A stretch of 52,128 nt of DNA, taken from IMG/VR virus record IMGVR_UViG_3300034101_005442, positions 1 through 52,128 of that record. The stretch is one strand, 5' to 3'. This DNA is from a virus. Its lineage: Duplodnaviria > Caudoviricetes. Position 1 is the first letter of the stretch. Every line of letters starts with the position of its first letter. The notes beneath the pieces are model-generated. The model was given only the letters and a program-made list of their open reading frames with translations. It did no database searches and was not told where the DNA came from. The position numbers were made by a program, and so were the translations under genes. This document shows positions 20,034-29,141 of the stretch, one piece after another.

Positions 20034-22064
20034 TTATCTATAAATTCCACTATATATATCGTCATTGGCTCCTCCTGTAAACCAATCTGGTCCTCTATAC
20101 ATACTTCCATTGCTTTTATAGGAATCTTTAGCATTTGCTCCAATAACATCATAGTCTATTGGTTTTAATGATCTGTTTAATTGTCTGGCTAGCATATTAG
20201 CTATTAATAGTGAACTATATCGGTCTTTTCTTAGTCGGCCTTTTTTACCTCCTGGTAATTTGGTTTCTGGAGTATCCCATCTGTCTCTAGCATTTGGTCC
20301 TGTGCTAGTTTGCGTCATAACAATAGTTGTTAATTCATTTTTAAGTTCTTCTATTTCTAAAATACATTCACTTAAACTGTCATATAATGGACTTAAGTCC
20401 TCTGTAATTATATCTTTTCCTTCTCTTTCCATTGCTAGTCCTAAAGTTAAATTATCAAAAGATGGAAATAATAAAACCTTGTCTTCAAAATCTTTTCTTA
20501 AACCATGATTTGCTTGACTTGTCCATTCCGCTTTTGCAAACTGAACTAATTCTAATACATGAAGACCTTGTTGATCGTCAGTGTCTTTACTTTTATCTAA
20601 ATCAATAATTGGCCATATTAATTGTTCGCCTTGTTCTATCTTTCCAGGATCATGTAAAGATTCTTCTATAGCAACTCCACCTCCTTGGGCATCCATTCCA
20701 ATTTTTATAGGATGAAAAGTTTTCATTAAATTTCTAATTTTTCTAGCACAAAATCCATAAAAATCATAATCATTAATCAAACCCTTTTTCAGTCTTTCTT
20801 TGAAATTAGTTCTATTCGTTGTCCAGCAATATACAATTTTATTATGCTCAGGATTTACTTCTAATATAACTATACTAAAATTATCTTGTTCACTAGCAGG
20901 GTCAATTCCATAAACATATTGTTTCTTTGGGTCTCCATGAATAGTAGCATCAAACATTAATGGCTTATCATTAATCATAATATTAGTATTAGAGACTACG
21001 CAGCTTTCTATTAAACTACGGCGAAAAAAGCCTTCGCTATCCTTAACAAAACATGCTGCATATTCCATATTATATATACCAGTATGAATAGTAGCTTTAG
21101 CTCTGCTCACCTGTTTATCATCCATGAATCCTTTTGGGATAAGCTCATATGGTATACGAATAATACTATAATCTTTCCAATTAAAATTACTGGGTACTTC
21201 TCCTTTGAAAATGTCAGTTAATTTTTGTTGATCTCCTCTGCTTTCTATAATAGCTTTATATCTTTTCCAATAGCTTGAAAAATGTTTAAAATCATAATCA
21301 GCAGTACCACTAATAATAGCCTGATTACCCATTTTAATATTTAATTCTTCAAGATCGTCATTCCATATACCGGCTTTTATCATAGCTTGCTTGCGAGCCT
21401 GTTCTTTAACATTTTGTATTGGGCTAGCGCTAACAGCAGCGAATCCTGACACAACAGTTTCGTATATGTCTGGAGAGATAGAAGCAAATTCGTCAGCAAT
21501 AATTATATGTGCTCTTAATCCTCTAATTTTACTACCATCACCCATTGGGATAGCTATGGTCCAACTGTCTCCTAATCTCATAGTACATCTATCAACATCT
21601 CGTCGCGGTCCATCATCATTACCACTAAAAATACTACGTAATATAGGACTACTTCTCCAAATAGTTTCCATATATTCGAATATAATTTTACTCTGTCTAA
21701 ATGCTGCGCCAACAACCACTATTTTGGTTCCAGGAAAAAATGCACATCTTAATACAGAATATAGAGCCAATAAAAAACTTTTACCCCAACCACGACTGGC
21801 CACATACATAGGAAAAGATCTTATCCAAAATTCTTGAATAATAGCTATTTGTATAGGATGAAGTTCTATATTAAATAGTAGTTTACATGTTGTTCCAATA
21901 TATTTTGGATTTCTTAAAAGTTTTATTAGATGAAGATCAGGATTTTCTATGTCATCTTGATCCCTATGTATCATAGGATTATCTATTATATTAAGACTAG
22001 ATAAATCTCCTAATCCTAACCAAGCATCATCAAAGTTTGTTAAGATATTTTGACTATTTGACAT
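20034..22064 (-). CDS. terL: Terminase large subunit
   Basis: Walker A ASRGWGKS, KIRGLRA, Walker B IIIADEF, nuclease motifs YGIDPAS, MDAQGGG and KDRYSS. Confidence 0.92.
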   Translation of the reverse strand: MSNSQNILTNFDDAWLGLGDLSSLNIIDNPMIHRDQDDIENPDLHLIKLLRNPKYIGTTCKLLFNIELHPIQIAIIQEFWIRSFPMYVASRGWGKSFLLALYSVLRCAFFPGTKIVVVGAAFRQSKIIFEYMETIWRSSPILRSIFSGNDDGPRRDVDRCTMRLGDSWTIAIPMGDGSKIRGLRAHIIIADEFASISPDIYETVVSGFAAVSASPIQNVKEQARKQAMIKAGIWNDDLEELNIKMGNQAIISGTADYDFKHFSSYWKRYKAIIESRGDQQKLTDIFKGEVPSNFNWKDYSIIRIPYELIPKGFMDDKQVSRAKATIHTGIYNMEYAACFVKDSEGFFRRSLIESCVVSNTNIMINDKPLMFDATIHGDPKKQYVYGIDPASEQDNFSIVILEVNPEHNKIVYCWTTNRTNFKERLKKGLINDYDFYGFCARKIRNLMKTFHPIKIGMDAQGGGVAIEESLHDPGKIEQGEQLIWPIIDLDKSKDTDDQQGLHVLELVQFAKAEWTSQANHGLRKDFEDKVLLFPSFDNLTLGLAMEREGKDIITEDLSPLYDSLSECILEIEELKNELTTIVMTQTSTGPNARDRWDTPETKLPGGKKGRLRKDRYSSLLIANMLARQLNRSLKPIDYDVIGANAKDSYKSNGSMYRGPDWFTGGANDDIYSGIYR

Positions 22065-22620
22065 TTTTTGCTTTAAGCCTGCGAGATGTTTTTATCGCTC
22101 TCTGAACTATCATTTTTGCAACAGTTTCAATAAAAGGTAGATTACGTTTGGTACTTTCTTCTTTTAACCATGCAAGAATAGTTGGCATATTTTGTTCACA
22201 CCACTCATTACCCTTTTCATTCATTTGTAATGCGTGTCGTTTGCAACTACATGTTGGGGTGGTTTTAATTCCCATAGTTGCTATCATGCCAGATAATATG
22301 GATCCTGGACCATCTGGATCAGATTCTAATGTTTTAGGGAAAAGAGATTGTAAAAATGTTTGAGGATCGTCTCCAAGCTTATTTAATAATATATTTTGTA
22401 AATCGTCCATTGTTAAAGTTATAATTCCCATATTATTATTTTCAAATAACATGATAGGCGATGGTATACCGTTAATCTGAGCATATGCGGTATTTGTTAT
22501 TGGTCTAATAATATATGTAATATCTAGTTCTGTATATGTAATTGGCTCTGGTTTCACCACAGTTCCATTAGAAGCTGTATATGGTGGTTGTTGAAGTGTA
22601 ATTTCTTTATTAAGTTTCAT
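22054..22620 (-). CDS. Hypothetical protein with Cys/His motif (TCSCKRH...WC)
   Basis: Likely start MKLN at 22620 with GGAG/AAGG upstream; overlaps both neighbours. Confidence 0.65.
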   Translation of the reverse strand: MKLNKEITLQQPPYTASNGTVVKPEPITYTELDITYIIRPITNTAYAQINGIPSPIMLFENNNMGIITLTMDDLQNILLNKLGDDPQTFLQSLFPKTLESDPDGPGSILSGMIATMGIKTTPTCSCKRHALQMNEKGNEWCEQNMPTILAWLKEESTKRNLPFIETVAKMIVQRAIKTSRRLKAKNVK

Positions 22621-23104
22621 CCTTTTTCTCCTTTTTTTTAACAATTTCTTCTATATAATAGATTTTTTTAAGTATGTACTCTGCCATTTTTTGAGCATTA
22701 GACGAATCGCCACAGAAATATACTATGATATTATGATTAATCTGCAACTCCAAAATATTTTTAATCAAAAAAGCTGGTGTTATTTTAATTTTATCCCACA
22801 TTTTTTTAGGAACACTACTTCCTATAGGATAAATCAACAAATCTTCTAAATCAAATTCCATTAATAAAAAAGCATATTTAATATTTTCTAATCTTGATAT
22901 AACATCTGCAAATCTGCTTTCTACAATATTATTAGCAAATTCACTAGCGCTTTTTTTTCTTTCTATACAAACTATGTTTTCTAATCCTTCTATACTATAA
23001 TCTCCCGTATCTAATTTTCTATTAGCAATAGCATGATGTGGAAAATCCCATGGTTGTTGTTCTCTAGTATCTACAATTATTACAAAATCATTATGATTTA
23101 CCAT
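22610..23104 (-). CDS. ERCC4/XPF-family nuclease
   Basis: IIVDTREQ, LDTGDYSI, IERK motifs (the D-x-RE / GDY / ERK signature). Confidence 0.88.
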   Translation of the reverse strand: MVNHNDFVIIVDTREQQPWDFPHHAIANRKLDTGDYSIEGLENIVCIERKKSASEFANNIVESRFADVISRLENIKYAFLLMEFDLEDLLIYPIGSSVPKKMWDKIKITPAFLIKNILELQINHNIIVYFCGDSSNAQKMAEYILKKIYYIEEIVKKKEKKDET

Positions 23105-23366
23105 GTTTTTTACTCGCTACTATTTTTAAAAATACAGATTCGTATATATCTTCTAATCCTTTAATTAGTTTATGATGATATGAACATAAAGTTATACCAT
23201 TATCAGTATTAAATCTTAAACCAATATTATGTGCCCATGTTTTTATATGATGAGCATTAAGTTTTCTTTTAAGAGTACAATTCGGCCATTGACATTTAAA
23301 ATTATCTCTTTTATATACTTCTTGTCTCCATCGTTTGTAACTAGGATCATTAAAATCTCTATTCAT
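23091..23366 (-). CDS. HNH endonuclease (packaging-associated type)
   Basis: WR..V..RD.F.CQ..C, AHHIK.W, LRF..NGITLC..HH; 91 aa, close to the terminase gene. Confidence 0.9.
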   Translation of the reverse strand: MNRDFNDPSYKRWRQEVYKRDNFKCQWPNCTLKRKLNAHHIKTWAHNIGLRFNTDNGITLCSYHHKLIKGLEDIYESVFLKIVASKKHGKS

Positions 23367-24351
23367 GTCTAGTATTCTCTATATCTGAAAAAACCATATC
23401 TTCTACAAGTTGCTCAAATGATATTTTGGGTTGCCATCCTAAAATATTCTTGGCTTTTGTTGAGTCTCCTCTGCAAAACTCAACCTCCATTGGTCGGTAA
23501 AGATTATGGTCAATTTCTATATGATTCAAATAATTTAAATTAACACATTTAAAAGCATGCTCAAGAAAAGATTCAACAGTGTGAGAGTATCCTGTGCTAA
23601 TAACAAAATCATCAGGATTACCATGAGACAGCATTAACCTCATAGCAAGCACATAATCCTTGGCATGACCCCAATCTCTTACAACTTTAATATTTCCTAA
23701 TTTTAATTTTTCAGTTGTTTTTTTGTTAACTAGTTGGCCTATATACTTAGTAATTTTTCTAGTAACAAAATTTTCTCCGCGTCGTGGACTTTCGTGATTA
23801 AATAAAATACCACTAGTAGCATATAGCCCATAAGCTTCTCTGTATATTTGTATCATCCTATGACTAGATAATTTAGAAACAGCATATGGACTTTGTGGTA
23901 AAAATCCAGTATTTTCGTTTTGGTATTTTTCTCCATCATCATTTAAAATATAATTAGATCCAAACATTTCGCTTGTACTAGCTTGATAAAATCTAGTTGT
24001 TGATGAAAACTTTCTAATATTTTCTAATATATTAATTACTCCAATTGTATTAATTTCAAATGTTGTTGTTGGTTGTTTGAAGCTTGTAGCAACATGACTT
24101 TGTGCTGCCAAATTGTAAAAATGATGTGGTCTGTGTTTAGTTATAATGTCAACACAATCTGAAGGATCAGTAATATCAAATTCTTGCAATATTAATTTTT
24201 TATTATCAAGTAAATGTTTAATCCTTTGGAAATTAGAGTTACTGCTTCTTCTATATAATCCTACAATATTATATCCACTATTTATTAATAGTTCAGCTAA
24301 ATAACTTCCGTCCTGTCCAGTTATTCCTGTTATGGCTGCTGTTTTAGTCAT
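23359..24351 (-). CDS. gmd: GDP-mannose 4,6-dehydratase
   Basis: ITGITGQDGSYLAE, YNLAAQSHV, FYQASTSEMFG, SPYAVSK, GILFNHESPRRG.FVTRKIT and RDWGHAKDYV, all hallmark Gmd motifs. Confidence 0.97.
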   Translation of the reverse strand: MTKTAAITGITGQDGSYLAELLINSGYNIVGLYRRSSNSNFQRIKHLLDNKKLILQEFDITDPSDCVDIITKHRPHHFYNLAAQSHVATSFKQPTTTFEINTIGVINILENIRKFSSTTRFYQASTSEMFGSNYILNDDGEKYQNENTGFLPQSPYAVSKLSSHRMIQIYREAYGLYATSGILFNHESPRRGENFVTRKITKYIGQLVNKKTTEKLKLGNIKVVRDWGHAKDYVLAMRLMLSHGNPDDFVISTGYSHTVESFLEHAFKCVNLNYLNHIEIDHNLYRPMEVEFCRGDSTKAKNILGWQPKISFEQLVEDMVFSDIENTRHE

Positions 24352-25160
24352 TGTATACTATCTGGTGTTAAAAATGGTTGATCTATAATACCATCTTGAT
24401 ATTGATGATATTCTTCTAATTTCTTTTTATTTTTTTCTGTTGCGATAGAGAGTATCTCCATTTCTCTACCTTCTTTTTCTCTGATGGTTTCGTCTTCTAA
24501 CATACGTATTAATCCTATCCAAGAACTTTTACCATCTTCTATTCTTTTTATTCTTTGCTCTCTGGTAGCTTTAAGGTCCTTGCTAATTTTTTGTTGTTCA
24601 TTTAATAATTTAGTATATTCATTTGTATAATTTGCTATGCTATTTCTTGCAAAACTTAATTGTGTCTCTAAGTTGGCTAATCTTGGTATATCTCTTTGAT
24701 CTTCTGGTTTTTCATATTCTTTGTCTACTAATTGTTGTAATTTATCAGTTTCGGCAATGTGTCTTTTTCTTTCTTTCATACTGCGATTAATAAGAATATC
24801 TATAGTGATAAATTGTTTAATCTGAAGTTCTTCTGCTGGTAAAACGTCTTCCCTAAACTGCTGGATTAGACCTATCCATGTATCTTCAAAATATGCTAAT
24901 TCTCCAGTATCACTATCAAATTGTCTAGTAATTTCGTGCCAAAAAGTTTTTGTATGTAATTTCCTTTTTAGTATCTCAAGGTCTTTAGCGTTCTCACTAG
25001 CTGTTATATTATTTTCTTTTATATATCTATTTATAGGATCAATATTTCTATTTAGATTTTCAGCTATTTCCTCAACAGATAGAACTATAATATTTTCTCT
25101 TATAAATTTTTCTTCTTCTAGACTTAGTTGTCCTCGTTTTTTGGGAATATTTCTTGACAT
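24348..25160 (-). CDS. Helical protein with N-terminal HTH-like segment and coiled coil; candidate terminase small subunit
   Basis: LS.EE..FI..N..LSVEEIAE.LNR N-terminus followed by a long coiled coil; upstream of terL in the same operon. The function is inference only. Confidence 0.45.
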   Translation of the reverse strand: MSRNIPKKRGQLSLEEEKFIRENIIVLSVEEIAENLNRNIDPINRYIKENNITASENAKDLEILKRKLHTKTFWHEITRQFDSDTGELAYFEDTWIGLIQQFREDVLPAEELQIKQFITIDILINRSMKERKRHIAETDKLQQLVDKEYEKPEDQRDIPRLANLETQLSFARNSIANYTNEYTKLLNEQQKISKDLKATREQRIKRIEDGKSSWIGLIRMLEDETIREKEGREMEILSIATEKNKKKLEEYHQYQDGIIDQPFLTPDSIQ

Positions 25161-25762
25161 TTATCCTCTCCTATTATTAGCTCTATATGACTTTGTAATT
25201 TTTTAAGTTGCTGTTTAGGAATTTTTTCTCCGTGCTTAAGTCTTAAATAGCTTTCTCTAAATTCTGGTTCTATATTTTCGTCTAATAATTTTATTATCTC
25301 ATTATTCTGCATTTTAGAGTCAAAATTTTTATTATTACTAATATCATACTCTATATACGATGGTTGCATAATATTCTTTTTGGCAATATTTCGAGTTGCC
25401 CATGTGGAATATAAATCACAATCATCTTTGTTTGCATATTTAGAACATTGATTTTTTGAGACTTTATAGTTAGGATCGTATAGTGGACATGATAAACAAG
25501 GAATATCTGGTCTTTGATAGTTATTTCTTTTGTAATTAAACAATCTGTTTCTTACATGCGTCCATAAGAAATTTTCTAATGGTCTTGTATTATCATATTT
25601 TTCTAAACCTTCCAAAGCAAAAATAGCCGCTTGCTGTTTCATATCTTCAATATCGTGATATCCAAAACGAAATTTATGGGCTAGTCTTTTGCCTATATTA
25701 TCTAATACTCTTAAAAAATCTTCTTCTGAAACTTTATTATCTATTTTTTTCTTTTTGCTCAT
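25124..25762 (-). CDS. Phage-encoded RNA polymerase sigma-70-family factor (candidate late sigma)
   Basis: Region-2-like DIEDMKQQAAIFALEGLEKYD..LENFLWTHVRNRLFNYKR, followed by a four-Cys insert. Confidence 0.75.
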   Translation of the reverse strand: MSKKKKIDNKVSEEDFLRVLDNIGKRLAHKFRFGYHDIEDMKQQAAIFALEGLEKYDNTRPLENFLWTHVRNRLFNYKRNNYQRPDIPCLSCPLYDPNYKVSKNQCSKYANKDDCDLYSTWATRNIAKKNIMQPSYIEYDISNNKNFDSKMQNNEIIKLLDENIEPEFRESYLRLKHGEKIPKQQLKKLQSHIELIIGEDKCQEIFPKNEDN

Positions 25763-25892
25763 TTAATAATTCTACTATGGGTTTGCCTTCTGGTAAAGTT
25801 AAATCTGCTGCAATAGCACGATCAGAAACATCACAACCAGATGCTTTGATATCCAAAACAGAATTAATAAGATTAATTTGTTCTTTTGTCAT
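25737..25892 (-). CDS. Small hypothetical protein
   Basis: ATG at 25892 (MTKEQ) with AAGGAG RBS; first gene of the leftward operon. Confidence 0.55.
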   Translation of the reverse strand: MTKEQINLINSVLDIKASGCDVSDRAIAADLTLPEGKPIVELLNEQKEKNR

Positions 25893-25915
25893 AAAAACTC
25901 CTTGCACGAAACTTG

Positions 25916-25940
25916 TCAACCTTTAGTATAATAAGGTTGA
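25916..25940. promoter_or_regulatory. Inverted repeat enclosing a TATAAT box in the divergent intergenic region (candidate operator)
   Basis: TCAACCTT-tagtataat-AAGGTTGA, perfect 8-bp arms, between divergent starts at 25892 and 25980. Confidence 0.45.
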
Positions 25941-25979
25941 TACGTTTTTAGTCAATATATAGACAAAAGGAACAGATTT

Positions 25980-26216
25980 ATGGCTAATTATAAAAAATGG
26001 TCAAATGTAGAATTAGATTTTATTCAAAGTAATCATGGTATACTATGTGATGAGGCTTTAGCGTCAAAGCTAAGTCAAATGACAGGACAAAATATAAGCA
26101 CCGCTATGGTTCGTCGCCAAAGACGCAAACTTTCTCTGAAAAAGAGCAGAGGCCGTCCAAAGAAGATAATTTCAACCAACACTGTGCCAGTATCAAATGA
26201 TGTGGTAGAAGCATGA
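25980..26216 (+). CDS. Small DNA-binding protein (Myb/HTH-like with AT-hook-like RGRPKK)
   Basis: KWS..E..FI..LA.KL..S..VRR.R.KL.L.KSRGRPKK; AAGGAA RBS. Confidence 0.65.
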   Translation: MANYKKWSNVELDFIQSNHGILCDEALASKLSQMTGQNISTAMVRRQRRKLSLKKSRGRPKKIISTNTVPVSNDVVEA

Positions 26217-26524
26217 AGTATATATTATTGTTCTTATTAATGCTGTGTTGTTGTGGGGCTAATTGGTGCCAACATAAAAATGTTCAACAATATCCTGTTA
26301 TTCCTCAGCAAACTATTGTTTATAGTGGACATCCAACATATTATAATTATTATGGCTATTATTATAGTCCAGTATTAACTCAAAATGTTAGAATGGTTCC
26401 TGTTATAGAAAATAGAGTGGAATATAGGCCAATTAGTGTTTATTATGGATCTCAGATTGTTTATCCTATTGATAGATACGATATTTATTATCCTTATAGT
26501 TTCAATAATTGGATAAATTATTAA
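26213..26524 (+). CDS. Tyr-rich protein with N-terminal signal peptide
   Basis: MKYILLFLLMLCCCGA signal-like start; Tyr/Pro/Val-rich body; ATGA overlap with the upstream gene. Confidence 0.6.
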   Translation: MKYILLFLLMLCCCGANWCQHKNVQQYPVIPQQTIVYSGHPTYYNYYGYYYSPVLTQNVRMVPVIENRVEYRPISVYYGSQIVYPIDRYDIYYPYSFNNWINY

Positions 26525-26553
26525 AAAAATAATCTATTATAATTATATAAATT

Positions 26554-26586
26554 AAGCGATTGCTCTTTTGGGTAATCGCTTTTTTT
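26554..26586 (+). terminator. Rho-independent terminator between convergent genes
   Basis: AAGCGATTGCTC-TTTT-GGGTAATCGCTT followed by a T run. Confidence 0.8.
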
Positions 26587-26603
26587 ATTTCTTTTATATG
26601 CTA

Positions 26604-29141
26604 TCAGTATCGTACTGTTATATTAGGAAAATATAAAATTTTATTTGTACCTTCGTGTAGATCATGAGGAAAAGATCCATTAGATAATGTTGGTATACTA
26701 TTATCTTTAATCCATTGTGTAACTTGTTCTACTATATTACCTGATCTCTGTACATTACCTTCTGTTAAATAACTTGCTATGGCACCACATACCTGAGGAC
26801 TAGCCATACTTGTTCCGCTTAATTTTGACATACCGAATCTATTGTCCTTTGGATGATTACAAAAAAAAGAGTTACCACCAAATGACTGGGCATTATAAAA
26901 AGCAGATGATAAGATTTGACTACCAGGAGCATATATATCTATTCTTTTTCCTGAATTACTAAAAGAAGATTTAATCTCAGGACAACATTCATAAGACATA
27001 GAACCAACAGTAATAACTCCACTAGCTGATCCTGGACTACTTCCTTGAAATGGAAAAAAATTATAGATATTATCTCCCCATGGCTGTCCAGGATATAGAT
27101 TTATATAATTAGTTCCTGGAAGGAAACCTGCAAATGTTGTACTGTCTTCATATGGGATCGATGGATTTTCTTTTTGTAGATTACATAAATTTGCTTCTAT
27201 GGTGAAATTATAATTATCAGAAGTAGGAATTCGTATATCATAGAAACTATTACCAGCAGCTGCAACAACCACAACATCTGCTTCTATCATGTCCTCTATT
27301 AATGAATCCATCACTATGTCTCTGGCAGGAGCCTGGTAAACATAAGTAGGAAAAAATAATCCCCATGTTGGTTCTCCAGGAATTGATATTTTATAAAAAA
27401 TAATTCCCCAATTATCTAAAAATTCTTCGCTAAATCCACCTCCATTTGTTATATAAACTTGTGGTGGAGAAGTAAACCATCCATAAGATGGATCAGCCAT
27501 AGAAGGATCTTGTACCCACAATGGTATAATACTAGAAACTTTTCCTCCATCTACTGTTGTTCTAGCTGCTGGCCCTGATATTCCAGAATGAGGTCCATAT
27601 GAATATCTAAATGATATATTAGGGATAGAATTATATTGTCCTCCTAATAAAGTATATTTAAAACTAGTTGAATTAATGTTAGTCTTTTTTGTAGCTATAA
27701 CATATAGACCATTAACAATCCTAGAATAGTCATCAGGTCCATTAAGAGAGCCAATACCACAATAATTATCATATTCTCCATTATCATTTGAAATGGTCCA
27801 TAATGCATCTTTAACACAATCTCCTCCACTTAATATAATAAACGGAGGATCATTAAATATTTTAAAGATGTCTCTCGCAATCCCAGGAGCACTATTTAGT
27901 ATTTGTATGGATTTAATAAAATTAGAACCAATTATTGCTGTTGCTGTTGCTGTTGTTCCAGAAACAGGGTCATCAAAAGTTATAGTTGGTGGCTGATCAT
28001 ATCCACTACCCCATTCTGTTATTTTGATACTATCTATATTGCCATTAGAGTTAACCGTACAGATACCAGATGCTGTTACTCCTGCCAAAGGCTGAGAAAA
28101 TATAATATTTGGTGGACTATTTTGACTATATCCAGACCCTATATCAGTAACTGTTATCTCCTTTACTGTTCCGCTAGCCATTATTACTAAGGCCTCATCT
28201 CCACCACCACCATTATATGATATATCTGGATTATTAGTATAACCAGATCCAGAATTAACAATATTAAACGATTGAATTTGACCATTTTGGTTTATTACAG
28301 CCTCTGCTACGGCTTGTTCTGTTTCTCTTGGAGCAACATATTCTATTCCGCTGCCTATAATTTTAGTAATATATCTGATATCGTAAAGAGGATAACTAAC
28401 ACCATAGCTATGATTAGTAATTGTTGGTCTAGAATTTCCTTTTGATAAATGCCAATTTGTTATAGCTGATAGATATTGATAGCCAAGTGGGCCTGTATAA
28501 GGAGAAATATTATATATTTTACTGTTTTTCGCCCAACCTAATGTTGTTCCACATGCTGTTCCAGCAACATGTAATCCGTGAGGATTATTGTCTCTTTGAG
28601 ATACTGATTCTAAAATAGCTTCATATGGATATGATGATGGTTCATTAACATATGCATTCCAGTTTACCAACTCTACTCTAGAATTGCCATTCATGTCTAA
28701 TAATTCTGGATGTATATCTACTTCATCAAAACTCATACCTGGTTTTCCTGTAATTATTCCATCCACAATAACAACATCAACACCACTACCATCAGGAATA
28801 TTTTCTATATTTGCTTGTTGAGATAGTGCTTGTATTTTAATATTGTCTGTATTTGATTGTGATTGAAATAATATTTTTGATGGTAATAGACTTTCAGAAG
28901 TAAATACGGCTGGTTTTAAAATAGTTGGTGCTGTAATTTTTATATCGCTAACTCTATTATCATTTTTTAATAGAGAAGCCTCTTCATCGGTTAATTCTGA
29001 AAATAAACATCTTGAATATTTAATATCTTCAATATTACATTCTCTGTTAGGAACATACTCTAATGATGAAATTCCTATAAGTTCAGATTGAAATTGTTCT
29101 TTGTCAGAAATATTTTTTAAAACTATAGTATATTTTTTCAT
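26604..29141 (-). CDS. Subtilisin-family (S8) serine protease with inserted virion-type repeats
   Basis: Triad motifs [28 protein letters not shown]; oxyanion AAAGN; insert of G.I.SI.I..GSGY..P.I.F repeats. Confidence 0.9.
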   Translation of the reverse strand: MKKYTIVLKNISDKEQFQSELIGISSLEYVPNRECNIEDIKYSRCLFSELTDEEASLLKNDNRVSDIKITAPTILKPAVFTSESLLPSKILFQSQSNTDNIKIQALSQQANIENIPDGSGVDVVIVDGIITGKPGMSFDEVDIHPELLDMNGNSRVELVNWNAYVNEPSSYPYEAILESVSQRDNNPHGLHVAGTACGTTLGWAKNSKIYNISPYTGPLGYQYLSAITNWHLSKGNSRPTITNHSYGVSYPLYDIRYITKIIGSGIEYVAPRETEQAVAEAVINQNGQIQSFNIVNSGSGYTNNPDISYNGGGGDEALVIMASGTVKEITVTDIGSGYSQNSPPNIIFSQPLAGVTASGICTVNSNGNIDSIKITEWGSGYDQPPTITFDDPVSGTTATATAIIGSNFIKSIQILNSAPGIARDIFKIFNDPPFIILSGGDCVKDALWTISNDNGEYDNYCGIGSLNGPDDYSRIVNGLYVIATKKTNINSTSFKYTLLGGQYNSIPNISFRYSYGPHSGISGPAARTTVDGGKVSSIIPLWVQDPSMADPSYGWFTSPPQVYITNGGGFSEEFLDNWGIIFYKISIPGEPTWGLFFPTYVYQAPARDIVMDSLIEDMIEADVVVVAAAGNSFYDIRIPTSDNYNFTIEANLCNLQKENPSIPYEDSTTFAGFLPGTNYINLYPGQPWGDNIYNFFPFQGSSPGSASGVITVGSMSYECCPEIKSSFSNSGKRIDIYAPGSQILSSAFYNAQSFGGNSFFCNHPKDNRFGMSKLSGTSMASPQVCGAIASYLTEGNVQRSGNIVEQVTQWIKDNSIPTLSNGSFPHDLHEGTNKILYFPNITVRY

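Noticed and set aside
484-21837. Short plus-strand ORFs opposite the structural genes
   Set aside because: Antisense shadows of long, motif-supported minus-strand genes.
25902-25955. Canonical sigma-70 promoters in the divergent gap
   Set aside because: The best -35/-10 pairings (TTGCAC..TATAAT on plus, TTGACT..TATACT on minus) have 19-nt spacers, so they were not called.
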